From an uncultured Muribaculaceae bacterium (lineage in GTDB: Bacteria > Bacteroidota > Bacteroidia > Bacteroidales > UBA932): a stretch of DNA of 48,136 nucleotides. The position numbers and the translations under genes were made by a program. Under the pieces are notes generated by a model, which was not told the origin of the DNA, searched no databases, and saw only the letters and a list, made by a program, of their open reading frames with translations. The stretch spans positions 1 to 48,136 of the forward strand of contig CAYXMV010000001.1 of assembly GCA_964466235.1 (NCBI GenBank), written 5' to 3'. Below are positions 38,132 to 47,428 of the stretch, piece after piece. The first letter of the stretch is position 1; every line of letters begins with the position of its first letter.

Positions 38132-39694
38132 ATGAGCATTCAACAGGAAAAAATCAAGGAACTGGTGGAGCGAAGAGCTTCCGCCCGAATGGGTGGAGGG
38201 CAGAAGAGGATCGACGCACAGCACCAGAAAGGCAAGCTGACAGCAAGAGAAAGACTTGCCATGCTCCTCGACGAAGGCAGCTTTGAAGAATTCGACATGT
38301 TCGTGCAGCACCGGTGTACGAATTTCGGAATAGAAAAGACGAAATTCGACGGTGACGGAGTCGTTACGGGAATGGGTACTATCGACGGTCGTCTTGTATA
38401 TGTGTTTGCACAGGACTTCACCGTGACCGGAGGCTCCCTCTCCGAAACCATGGCCCAGAAGATATGCAAGGTAATGGATATGGCCGTACGCAACGGCGCA
38501 CCTTTCATCGGCCTCAACGACTCAGGCGGTGCAAGAATACAGGAAGGAATATGTTCGCTTGCCGGCTTTGGTGAGATCTTCGAGAGAAACATTCTCGCAT
38601 CAGGCGTGGTTCCTCAGATTTCCGGTATCTTCGGACCTTGCGCAGGAGGCGCGGTATATTCCCCAGCCCTAACCGACTTCACCGTAATGATAAAGGATAC
38701 ATCATACATGTTCCTCACGGGTCCCGGAGTAGTAAAGACAGTAACAGGAGAAACGGTCACCCAGGAAGAGCTCGGAGGCGCAAGCGTCCATGCCACAAAG
38801 AGCGGCGTGGCACATTTTGCAGCCGGGAATGAAGAGGAAGGCATACAGACAATCAAGAATCTGCTCAGCTTCCTGCCTTCAAGCAACAGAGAGGAGGCTC
38901 CTTTCGTGGAAACCTCCGATCCTGCCGGCAGAGTGGATGATGCGCTCAATGACATCATTCCGGACAATCCGAACAAGGCCTATGACATGTATCAGGTCAT
39001 CGGAAGCATTGTTGACGACGGCAGATTCCTCGAAGTTCACAAGACCTGGGCAAAGAACATAATCGTGGGCTTCGCCCACATGAACGGCCGTTCTGTCGGC
39101 ATTGTGGCCAACCAGCCTAAGATACTTGCCGGAGTGCTCGACATCAATGCATCACGCAAGGCTGCCCGTTTCGTCCGCTTCTGCGACGCATTCAACATCC
39201 CTCTCGTGACCCTCGTCGATGTCCCTGGATTCCTCTGCGGAACACAGCAGGAATACGGCGGCATCATCACCAACGGCGCAAAACTTCTCTATGCATACGG
39301 CGAAGCTACTGTACCGAAAGTGACGGTAACTCTCCGCAAATCATACGGCGGTGCCCATATCGTTATGAGCTGCAAGCAGCTGCGTGGAGACATCAACTAC
39401 GCATGGCCGTCTGCAAACATCGCCGTGATGGGTGCGGAGGGTGCCGTGGAAATCCTCTATTCAAAGGAAATAAAGGCCATGACAGACCCTGCCGAGCAGA
39501 CTAAGGTAGCCGAAGAAAAGAAAAAGGAATACAATGACCTCTTCTGCAATCCTTACAACGCCGCAAGCTACGGCTATATCGATGACGTCATCGAACCGCG
39601 CAACACACGCTTCCGCGTGATCAGGGCACTTGAGCAGCTTGCAGGAAAGAAGCAGGAGAATCCTTGGAAGAAGCACGACAACCTTCCACTCTAA
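38132..39694 (+). CDS. mmdA: Methylmalonyl-CoA decarboxylase alpha (carboxyltransferase) subunit
   Basis: [49 protein letters not shown]; operon with delta, biotin-carrier and beta subunits. Confidence 0.9.
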   Translation: MSIQQEKIKELVERRASARMGGGQKRIDAQHQKGKLTARERLAMLLDEGSFEEFDMFVQHRCTNFGIEKTKFDGDGVVTGMGTIDGRLVYVFAQDFTVTGGSLSETMAQKICKVMDMAVRNGAPFIGLNDSGGARIQEGICSLAGFGEIFERNILASGVVPQISGIFGPCAGGAVYSPALTDFTVMIKDTSYMFLTGPGVVKTVTGETVTQEELGGASVHATKSGVAHFAAGNEEEGIQTIKNLLSFLPSSNREEAPFVETSDPAGRVDDALNDIIPDNPNKAYDMYQVIGSIVDDGRFLEVHKTWAKNIIVGFAHMNGRSVGIVANQPKILAGVLDINASRKAARFVRFCDAFNIPLVTLVDVPGFLCGTQQEYGGIITNGAKLLYAYGEATVPKVTVTLRKSYGGAHIVMSCKQLRGDINYAWPSANIAVMGAEGAVEILYSKEIKAMTDPAEQTKVAEEKKKEYNDLFCNPYNAASYGYIDDVIEPRNTRFRVIRALEQLAGKKQENPWKKHDNLPL

Positions 39695-39706
39695 AATCTC
39701 TGCGGC

Positions 39707-40099
39707 ATGAATAGATTTATATTATTGCAGACATCCGAAAAAGTCCTGGTCAAAAGCGCTGAGATGCTTGAGAAAGACCCTCACGGAGCCATCATAACCA
39801 TTGTTTCCGTAGCCGTGGTATTTCTTGCATTGTTTATACTGTGGGGCGCCTATGAGCTCATCGGAAAACTCTCATCCGGACAGATCAAGTTTCCCGAGTG
39901 GAGAAAGAAGAAGGCGGTCAAGCCTGCAGATGCTCACGGAAAGCCCGGAGATGAAGTTGCGGCAGCCATAGCCCTTGCCCTCGACCAGGAGATGAAAGGA
40001 GAAGTCTATGCCGCAATCGGCACGGCTCTGCACCTCTATATGAATGACACGGTCCACGACCTCGAAAGTTACGTAATCACAATAAAACGCAAAAGATAA
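39707..40099 (+). CDS. mmdD: OadG/MmdD family subunit
   Basis: TM 'VAVVFLALFIL', EVAAAIALAL, HDLESYVITIK. Confidence 0.8.
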   Translation: MNRFILLQTSEKVLVKSAEMLEKDPHGAIITIVSVAVVFLALFILWGAYELIGKLSSGQIKFPEWRKKKAVKPADAHGKPGDEVAAAIALALDQEMKGEVYAAIGTALHLYMNDTVHDLESYVITIKRKR

Positions 40100-40101
40100 T
40101 C

Positions 40102-40542
40102 ATGAAAGAATATAAATTCAAGATCAACGGCAACGACTACAATGTTGCGATCAATTCAGTGGAAGGCAATCTTGCTTCAGTTACAGTAAACGGCGCTCCA
40201 TATCAGGTGGAGCTCGAGAACGCACCGGCTGCAGCACCGGTCCAGGCAGTTTCCGCCCCTGCGGTTCAGTCTGCTCCAGCTGCAGCACCCGCTCAGGCTG
40301 CACCGGCTCCCGCAGCACCATCAGGCGCAGGAAAGGCTGTGACATCACCTCTCCCTGGCGTAATCATCACTCTCAAGGTCAATGTAGGAGACACCGTGAA
40401 GCCTGGTCAGGTTGTTGCCGTGCTTGAGGCCATGAAGATGGAGAATGACATCGAAGCCGAATTCGGAGGCACCGTGACAGCAGTCAATGTAGCAAAAGGC
40501 GACTCTGTCCTCGAAGGCGCAGCCATCGTGACGATCGCATAG
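40102..40542 (+). CDS. mmdC: Biotin carboxyl carrier subunit
   Basis: Ala/Pro linker, SPLPG, LEAMKMEN biotinyl-Lys. Confidence 0.93.
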   Translation: MKEYKFKINGNDYNVAINSVEGNLASVTVNGAPYQVELENAPAAAPVQAVSAPAVQSAPAAAPAQAAPAPAAPSGAGKAVTSPLPGVIITLKVNVGDTVKPGQVVAVLEAMKMENDIEAEFGGTVTAVNVAKGDSVLEGAAIVTIA

Positions 40543-40587
40543 GCATCGTAATCCTGAAAAACACGAAGGATCTATAACAAGTTTGCT

Positions 40588-41730
40588 ATGAATACAGTAA
40601 TAGAAAGTCTGCAGCAGTTCTGGGGCTATACCGGCTTCGCCAACATGACATGGCAGCATATCCTGATGATATTCATCGGAATAGCCTTCATTACAGTTGC
40701 AATCCTGAAAGACTGGGAGCCTCTGCTCCTCGTTCCTATCGGCTTCGGAATGATCATAGGCAACATTCCGTTCACCGAAGGACTTCAGGTGGGAATATAT
40801 GAACAGGGATCCGTGATGAATATCCTGTATCAAGGCGTCCAGACCGGATGGTATCCGCCTCTGATATTCCTCGGAATCGGAGCTATGACGGATTTCTCCG
40901 CCCTCATATCCCAACCTCGTCTGATGCTTATCGGAGCTGCCGCACAGATCGGTATCTTCGGAGCGTATATAGTTGCAATGCACATGGGGTTCACCCCGGC
41001 AGAATCGGGAGCGATCGGCATCATCGGAGGTGCCGACGGCCCGACAGCCATCTTCCTTTCGTCAAAGCTCGCACCTCATCTCATGGGAGCGATCGCAGTG
41101 TCGGCATATTCATACATGGCACTCGTTCCTGTCATACAGCGTCCTATAATGCTTATGATGACGACCAAAAAGGAAAGACTCATCCGCATGGCACCTCCGA
41201 GAGCCGTGAGCCAGAGAGAAAAGATCATCTTCCCGATAGTAGGATTCATCCTCACCGCCCTCATCGTTCCTTCGGGAATGCCTCTGCTCGGCATGCTCTT
41301 CTTCGGTAACCTTCTGAAGGAAAGCGGCGTGACCAAACGTCTTGCCGAGACTGCACGAGGACCGCTCATCGACGTAGTCACCATCCTCATCGGAGTGACC
41401 GTAGGATGTTCTACTCAGGCAGACGTGTTCCTCACAGTCAACTCCGTGAAGATATTCGGCCTCGGCCTGATGTCATTCGTGATTGCAACCATCTGCGGCG
41501 TAGGTTTCGTGAAGATCATGAATCTCTTCCTCAAGGAAGGCAGGAAGATCAATCCGCTCATCGGTAATGCAGGAGTCTCTGCCGTTCCGGATGCTGCGCG
41601 AGTTTCGCAGAATGTAGGTCGCGAGTTCGACAAGAACAACCATCTTCTCATGCACGCCATGGCACCGAACGTGGCCGGCGTCATCGGTTCTGCTGTCGCA
41701 GCCGGTATCCTTCTCAGCTTCCTCGGATAG
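40588..41730 (+). CDS. mmdB: Na+-translocating decarboxylase beta subunit
   Basis: EPLLLVPIGFG, IGIIGGADGPTAIF, AYSYMALVP, MAPNVAGVIGSA. Confidence 0.95.
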   Translation: MNTVIESLQQFWGYTGFANMTWQHILMIFIGIAFITVAILKDWEPLLLVPIGFGMIIGNIPFTEGLQVGIYEQGSVMNILYQGVQTGWYPPLIFLGIGAMTDFSALISQPRLMLIGAAAQIGIFGAYIVAMHMGFTPAESGAIGIIGGADGPTAIFLSSKLAPHLMGAIAVSAYSYMALVPVIQRPIMLMMTTKKERLIRMAPPRAVSQREKIIFPIVGFILTALIVPSGMPLLGMLFFGNLLKESGVTKRLAETARGPLIDVVTILIGVTVGCSTQADVFLTVNSVKIFGLGLMSFVIATICGVGFVKIMNLFLKEGRKINPLIGNAGVSAVPDAARVSQNVGREFDKNNHLLMHAMAPNVAGVIGSAVAAGILLSFLG

Positions 41731-41762
41731 TCCTAACGGTTTAAACAAGAAAGCATAAGCCT

Positions 41763-41800
41763 AAACATCCTGCTGCATCCGCCGGCAGGATGTTTTCGTT
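41763..41800 (+). terminator. Rho-independent terminator
   Basis: AAACATCCTGCTG..CGGCAGGATGTTT followed by TCGTT. Confidence 0.8.
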
Positions 41801-41867
41801 AACACGCTATCGCACAATGCATTAGCTGATATATGCCGATTTATTTTAAAGTTGATAGGAAAATAAG

Positions 41868-41875
41868 TAACTTTG
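41868..41875 (+). promoter_or_regulatory. -7 promoter of metH-metF
   Basis: TAACTTTG 21 nt before ATG 41896. Confidence 0.7.
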
Positions 41876-41895
41876 TAGGTTTGAAATACAGAGAA

Positions 41896-44800
41896 ATGAA
41901 TTTACCTAACGACAGGATATTGATTCTGGACGGTGCAACCGGCACAATGATCCAGCAATACGGACTTACTGAGGACGACTACCGATGCGGGCCGTTTGCG
42001 GACTGTGCAAAGGAACTTAGAGGCAACAACGAATGTCTCAATCTTACACATCCGGAAATAATCAAGGCCATACACGAGGAGTACATTGCGGCTGGAGCAG
42101 ACATCATAGAGACCAATACATTCAGTGCCAACAGGATCTCCCAGGCAGAATACGGATGTGAGGGATTTGTCGGCCGTATGGCTTACGAGGGTGCCCGTAT
42201 TGCCCGCGAGGCTGCGGACCGTGCCAATATGGGCAGGCCTTCAGACAGACAGGTACTGGTAGCAGGCAGCATCGGGCCGACATCCAAATCGCTTTCTCTT
42301 TCGCCGGATGTTTCGGATCCGTCCTTCAGGACGCATTCATTTGATGACATGAAGAAGGCTTATAGGGAACAGGCCGAGGCACTTATTGAAGGTGGAGCCG
42401 ATATTCTTCTTGTCGAGACATGCTTTGATGCTCTAAATGTGAAGGCTGCGCTGGCCGGTATCATGGAATATTGCCGGCAGTCTATGCCTGATTATCCTGC
42501 AGGATACCCGCCTGTGATGCTGTCAGTATCGGTAGGAGACAGGAGCGGCAGGACATTGACGGGACAGACTTTAGAGGCATTCTACACTGCCGTGCGGCAC
42601 TACCCTATCGTCTCATTCGGTCTGAACTGTTCGCTTGGAGCTGCTGAACTCATGCCTCTGGTCGATGATATGTCCCGGTGGTGCGGATGCGCAATAAGCT
42701 GTTATCCGAATGCCGGCCTGCCAAATGAGATGGGAGGTTATGACCAGAGCCCGGCAGAGATGGCTGCCGCAGTAAAGGCTATGGCATCAAAAGGACTTTT
42801 GAATATTGCCGGAGGATGTTGCGGTACGACTCCTGAGCACATCAGAGCGATTGCTGGAGCTTTGGACGGCATCAGGCCCCGGGATCTGTCCGTAAATCCT
42901 GAATACAGGATATTGACAGTGAGCGGATTGGAAGCCGTAAAGGTGGATGTCAGGACCAACAATTTCACTAATGTCGGCGAAAGGACAAATGTGGCCGGCT
43001 CAAGGAAGTTCGCGAGGCTGATTTCTGAGGGGAAATATGACGAAGGACTCCGGATTGCGGCAAAGCAGATCGAGGACGGCGCAACCATAATTGATATTAA
43101 TATGGATGACGCCATGCTTGACAGCGCAATGGAGATGGAAAGATTCGTGAGATATGTCTCCAATGATCCGGCTGTGGCAAAGGCTGTCCTGATGATTGAT
43201 TCATCACACTGGGAGACTATAATTGCAGGACTCACTAATGCTCAGGGCAAGTGCATCGTAAACTCCATAAGCCTGAAAGAGGGAGAGGAGGCATTCATCG
43301 AAAAGGCACGGACGATCAGGTCTTTAGGTGCCGCGATGGTGGTGATGGCATTCGACGAGAAGGGGCAGGCCACCACATACGACAGGAAGGTGGAGATATG
43401 CTCGAGGGCATACAGACTTCTTACGGAAAAGGCGGGAGTACAGCCTGAGGACATAATTTTTGACGTCAATATACTTTCCATAGGCACGGGTATCGAGGAA
43501 CATGCAAGGTACGCGGCTGACTTCATTGAGGCGGTAAGGTGGATCAAGGCCAATCTGCCGGGCGCACTGACTTCGGGCGGAGTTTCAAATCTGTCGTTCG
43601 CATTCAGGGGCAATAATGCCGTACGCGAGGCCATGCATTCGGCATTTCTCTACCACGCGATCAAGGCAGGACTCGATATGGCCATAGTCAATCCTTCTAT
43701 GCTTCAGGTCTATGACGAGATCGAACCTGAACTGCTCAGATGTGTGGAGGACGTCATATTTGACACCGATCCGTCCGCAACCGAAAGGCTTATTGACAAG
43801 GCTGCGCGGATGCTCGAAGAAAAGTCATCGAGGGACGGAGCACTGTCGTCACCGGGCAACGGAATGTCATCATCGGACTCATCCGCATCATTTCGGGCGG
43901 CGGCAAACTCCCAGACCAGCCTTTCGACAGAAGAAAGACTTAAGACGGCACTGATAAAAGGCAGTGCAAGCGGACTGGAAGATATACTTGCCGAGGCAAT
44001 GGAGAAATACGGCAGCGCACTTGACATCATCGAGGGCCCGCTGATGGAAGGCATGGAGGCTGTAGGAAAAATGTTCGGCGAGGGGAAGATGTTTCTGCCT
44101 CAGGTGGTCAAGTCCGCCAAGATAATGAAAGATGCGGTGGATATTCTCAACCTGAATATCGGGCAAGACAACAAGGGGCTTCATGAGCGCGACACCCGCA
44201 GCAGCAAGACTTCAGAAGAAAGTCGTGGCAGCGATGGCGCCAGACCCGACAAAAGTGAAGGGGCGGCATACCCCTCGGGGATGTCAACGGGATTGACCGG
44301 GGGCAGGACAAATTGCATCGTACTTGCTACAGTAAAGGGAGATGTGCATGACATCGGGAAAAATATCCTGGGGATAGTACTGAGCTGCAATGGATTCAAG
44401 GTCAAGGACCTGGGTGTCATGGTGGATAAGGAGACCATTTTGGATGAGGCTCAGAAGAACGGGGCGGACATAATCGCGGTCAGCGGTCTGATCACTCCTT
44501 CTCTTTATCAGATGGAAGAGCTTTGCAGGGAAATGACCGCAAGAGGAATGGACATTCCGCTTTTTGTCGGAGGTGCCACGACCTCTGCACTGCATACTGC
44601 TGTCAAGTTAGCTCCGCTTTACGGCCATGTCTTTCATGGAACTGACGCTTCAGCATCAGCCGTGATGGCCAAAAGATGCATGATGAACAGGGAAACATTC
44701 GAAAAGGAACAGCATGAGGGGCAGGAAAGGCTGAGGGTACTGTATAATAAAGGAGCAGGCTCTTCGGACAGGAGCGGGAGCAGTTCAAAGGGATCCGAGG

Positions 44801-45714
44801 CTCCAGATACTGGATACGGATTCCCGGAGGATACCTATCCTGAAACATGTCCGCACGACATTACGCTCAGGCAGCTGACCACAGCTGATGTAATGCCATA
44901 CTTCGACTGGAAGATGTTCTACGCCATCTGGGGCGTGAAATATGGAAGTGCAGTGCCGGAGGTTGCCGAACTGATGCAGCTCAGAAGAGATGCGGAGGAT
45001 GAGATTGCCGCAGGACAGTTCAGGATCATGGTCAGTGCGCGGTTCCTCGAGGGCTGTTCTGACGGGAAATCCATCATCAGCGATGCCGTAACCATCCCGA
45101 TGATGAGGCAGGAAACCGGTGAACGCCTGTCGCTGTGCGATTATGTCATCTCACAGAAAAGCGGAAGCCGATCTCCATTCGGGGTCTTTGCCATAAGCGT
45201 ACATCCAACGGATGCCCATGTCACGGGATGCAGCTGTCCGGCATGCACCAACAGGTATGAGGATCTTGTGGCGCGGACTGTGCGGCAGACTTTGGCCGAG
45301 GCGGCTTCGGAGTGGGTCGGCAGGAATATCAGCGAAGAGATCCTTCACTCCGCTCAGAATGACGGCAGGAAGAAGGAGAATGGCTTGATCAGGATCGTCA
45401 GGCCGGCGGCGGGATATGCCAGCTGCCCGGACCATAGCCTGAAGAAAGACATACTGCAACTTCTTGGCGAAGAGGTACATATATGCGGCGACAACTGTCG
45501 TCACGACCACAGGAAAGACACATTGGGAATCACAATGACGGACAGCTATGCAATGATGCCGGAATCCAGCATCTGCGGCCTGATGTTCATGCATCCGCAG
45601 GCCGGCTATCCGGATATAAGAAAAATAAGCAGAGAACAATACGAAGAATATGCAGTGTCACGGGGCATGGACGAAGATACCGCCCGCCGTATCCTCGGAC
45701 ATCTGCTTAAATGA
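41896..45714 (+). CDS. metH: Cobalamin-dependent methionine synthase with several in-frame insertions
   Basis: LDGATGT, GLNC, GGCCGTTP (Zn), GERTNVAGS pterin domain, MFLPQVVKSA, KGDVHDIGKN (B12 His), RPAAGYASCPDH reactivation domain. Confidence 0.95.
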   Translation: MNLPNDRILILDGATGTMIQQYGLTEDDYRCGPFADCAKELRGNNECLNLTHPEIIKAIHEEYIAAGADIIETNTFSANRISQAEYGCEGFVGRMAYEGARIAREAADRANMGRPSDRQVLVAGSIGPTSKSLSLSPDVSDPSFRTHSFDDMKKAYREQAEALIEGGADILLVETCFDALNVKAALAGIMEYCRQSMPDYPAGYPPVMLSVSVGDRSGRTLTGQTLEAFYTAVRHYPIVSFGLNCSLGAAELMPLVDDMSRWCGCAISCYPNAGLPNEMGGYDQSPAEMAAAVKAMASKGLLNIAGGCCGTTPEHIRAIAGALDGIRPRDLSVNPEYRILTVSGLEAVKVDVRTNNFTNVGERTNVAGSRKFARLISEGKYDEGLRIAAKQIEDGATIIDINMDDAMLDSAMEMERFVRYVSNDPAVAKAVLMIDSSHWETIIAGLTNAQGKCIVNSISLKEGEEAFIEKARTIRSLGAAMVVMAFDEKGQATTYDRKVEICSRAYRLLTEKAGVQPEDIIFDVNILSIGTGIEEHARYAADFIEAVRWIKANLPGALTSGGVSNLSFAFRGNNAVREAMHSAFLYHAIKAGLDMAIVNPSMLQVYDEIEPELLRCVEDVIFDTDPSATERLIDKAARMLEEKSSRDGALSSPGNGMSSSDSSASFRAAANSQTSLSTEERLKTALIKGSASGLEDILAEAMEKYGSALDIIEGPLMEGMEAVGKMFGEGKMFLPQVVKSAKIMKDAVDILNLNIGQDNKGLHERDTRSSKTSEESRGSDGARPDKSEGAAYPSGMSTGLTGGRTNCIVLATVKGDVHDIGKNILGIVLSCNGFKVKDLGVMVDKETILDEAQKNGADIIAVSGLITPSLYQMEELCREMTARGMDIPLFVGGATTSALHTAVKLAPLYGHVFHGTDASASAVMAKRCMMNRETFEKEQHEGQERLRVLYNKGAGSSDRSGSSSKGSEAPDTGYGFPEDTYPETCPHDITLRQLTTADVMPYFDWKMFYAIWGVKYGSAVPEVAELMQLRRDAEDEIAAGQFRIMVSARFLEGCSDGKSIISDAVTIPMMRQETGERLSLCDYVISQKSGSRSPFGVFAISVHPTDAHVTGCSCPACTNRYEDLVARTVRQTLAEAASEWVGRNISEEILHSAQNDGRKKENGLIRIVRPAAGYASCPDHSLKKDILQLLGEEVHICGDNCRHDHRKDTLGITMTDSYAMMPESSICGLMFMHPQAGYPDIRKISREQYEEYAVSRGMDEDTARRILGHLLK
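43824..43907 (+). repeat. Four degenerate 21-nt tandem units in-frame in metH
   Basis: Units start GTCATC/GTCGTC/GTCATC/ATCATT at 43824, 43845, 43866, 43887. Confidence 0.6.
45337..45363 (-). repeat. Intact GTCAT-tagged REP-like element in-frame in metH
   Basis: Reverse complement GTCATTCTGAGCGGAGTGAAGGATCTC; encodes EILHSAQND. Confidence 0.75.
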
Positions 45715-45721
45715 CATCATC

Positions 45722-46681
45722 ATGAAAGTATCTGAAATCCTTGCCGACAGCACGAAGGCTTATCCTTCGATAGAAATCGTCCCTCCGCTCAGGGGGCTCA
45801 CAAAGGAGGAACTCATCGAGAGTATCGCCCCGTTCATGGAATTCAGTCCCAAATATATAAATGTGACGAGTCACAGGGATGAATTCGAATACAGACAGGA
45901 GGGTGACGGCAGTTTCAGCCGGCATCTCGTACGCAACAGGATAAGCGAGACAACTGTCTGCGCCGCCATAATGTCGAGATATGACGTAGAGGTCGTGCCT
46001 CATCTCATCTGCGGCGGAGCCACAAAAGAGGAAATAGAGAGCCGCCTGGACAATCTCGCCTTCCTCGGCATCAACAACATAGTCGCCCTGCGCGGAGACT
46101 GCATTTCAGGAGAGAAACGTTTCTCCCCCACTCCGGGAGGATACCGGTACGCAAGCGAGATGGTTGAAGGAATAAGAAGCTATCAGGGAAGCAGCACATA
46201 CCGGCGCAGCCGCGGTCTTGAGGCCGATGACAGGTATTTCTGCATCGGTGTAGGCGGTTATCCGGAAAAGCATTTTGAGGCGCCGAACATAGAGACGGAC
46301 ATCGCCAATCTGAAAAAGAAGGTTGACGCCGGAGCGGACTATATCATCACCCAGATGTTCTTCGACAACAGGGTTTTCTATGACTTTAAGGAGAGATGTC
46401 GCGAAGCGGGCATCAAGGTTCCGATAATACCGGGCCTCAAGCCTCTCTCTACGGTGAAGCAGATCAACACTCTGCCGGAAGCCTTCTCACTCGACATTCC
46501 CCTCGAACTGACATTGGAGATGAAGAAGGCGGGAGACGACAGGGAAAAGGCCTACAGAATCGGCCAGGAATGGTGTATAATGCAATGCAAAGACCTTATC
46601 AGTCACGGAGTTCCGGCTGTCCATTTCTACACGATGGGAAAGACACGCAACATCACAGAGATACTGAAAGAATGTTTCTGA
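45722..46681 (+). CDS. metF: 5,10-methylenetetrahydrofolate reductase
   Basis: SIEIVPP, VPHLIC, ALRGD, GGYPEKH, KVDAGADYIITQMFFD, HFYTM. Confidence 0.94.
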   Translation: MKVSEILADSTKAYPSIEIVPPLRGLTKEELIESIAPFMEFSPKYINVTSHRDEFEYRQEGDGSFSRHLVRNRISETTVCAAIMSRYDVEVVPHLICGGATKEEIESRLDNLAFLGINNIVALRGDCISGEKRFSPTPGGYRYASEMVEGIRSYQGSSTYRRSRGLEADDRYFCIGVGGYPEKHFEAPNIETDIANLKKKVDAGADYIITQMFFDNRVFYDFKERCREAGIKVPIIPGLKPLSTVKQINTLPEAFSLDIPLELTLEMKKAGDDREKAYRIGQEWCIMQCKDLISHGVPAVHFYTMGKTRNITEILKECF

Positions 46682-46777
46682 CCTTAGGAAGCGTCTGATT
46701 ATTTATACCGGAAAAAATGTATTTCTCATTTTGAAACAGTTTACACAAAATATTTAGGTTTCTTTATAAATAATAAG

Positions 46778-46785
46778 TAAATTTG
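46778..46785 (+). promoter_or_regulatory. -7 promoter of V-ATPase operon
   Basis: TAAATTTG in AT-rich intergenic region. Confidence 0.65.
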
Positions 46786-46822
46786 TCCGTTTAGGAAAAA
46801 TTAAAACACAAAATATATCGAT

Positions 46823-47428
46823 ATGCAGAACAAATTGCAGGAATTGACAGACAGACTTTATAACGAAGGTCTGTCTAAAGGCAAGCAGGAAGGCGAAGAG
46901 CTTCTTGCAAAAGCTAAGGTACAGGCAGAGGAGATTACGGCAAAGGCACAGGCCGAGGCTGACAGGATCATCGCTGCCGCTCAGAAGCAGGCTGAGGAAA
47001 TCAGGACAAAGACTGCATCTGACGTAAAGATGGCTGCCGGTCAGAGCATCGCCGCTACAAAGAAGGACATCGAGACCATCATTGTAGGCAGGATGACTGA
47101 GGCTGAAGTAAAGAAGGCCCTCACATCGGCAGAATTCGTGAAGGAGATCATCAAGGCCGTGGCCGGAAAGTTCACTACTGAAGGTCCGGTCGAGCTGGCA
47201 GTCGTTCTTCCGGAATCATTGAAGGCCGAAGTCGAGCCTTTCGTGACTAAGGAGCTCGCAAAGACTCTCGGAGCAGGCGTGGAAGCCTCTTTCTCAAAGA
47301 AGGTATCAGGCGGATTCCGCATCGGTCCAAAGGACGGCGGCTATTTCGTAAGTTTCACAGATGAGACGTTCAACGAACTCATTTCAGAGTATCTCAGACC
47401 AGCTACCAAGAAATTACTTTTCGGTTAA
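46823..47428 (+). CDS. V-type ATP synthase subunit E
   Basis: KLQELTDRLYNEG, long A/E/K coiled coil, GGFRIGPKDGGY..F..YLRP. Confidence 0.88.
   Translation: MQNKLQELTDRLYNEGLSKGKQEGEELLAKAKVQAEEITAKAQAEADRIIAAAQKQAEEIRTKTASDVKMAAGQSIAATKKDIETIIVGRMTEAEVKKALTSAEFVKEIIKAVAGKFTTEGPVELAVVLPESLKAEVEPFVTKELAKTLGAGVEASFSKKVSGGFRIGPKDGGYFVSFTDETFNELISEYLRPATKKLLFG

Noticed and set aside
40220..40325. GCAGCACC/GCTCC repeats in the biotin carrier gene
   Set aside because: Ordinary Ala/Pro linker of biotin-carrier subunits
41800..41895. SAM or cobalamin riboswitch upstream of metH
   Set aside because: The -7 box is about 20 nt from the ATG, leaving no room, and no conserved motifs are present
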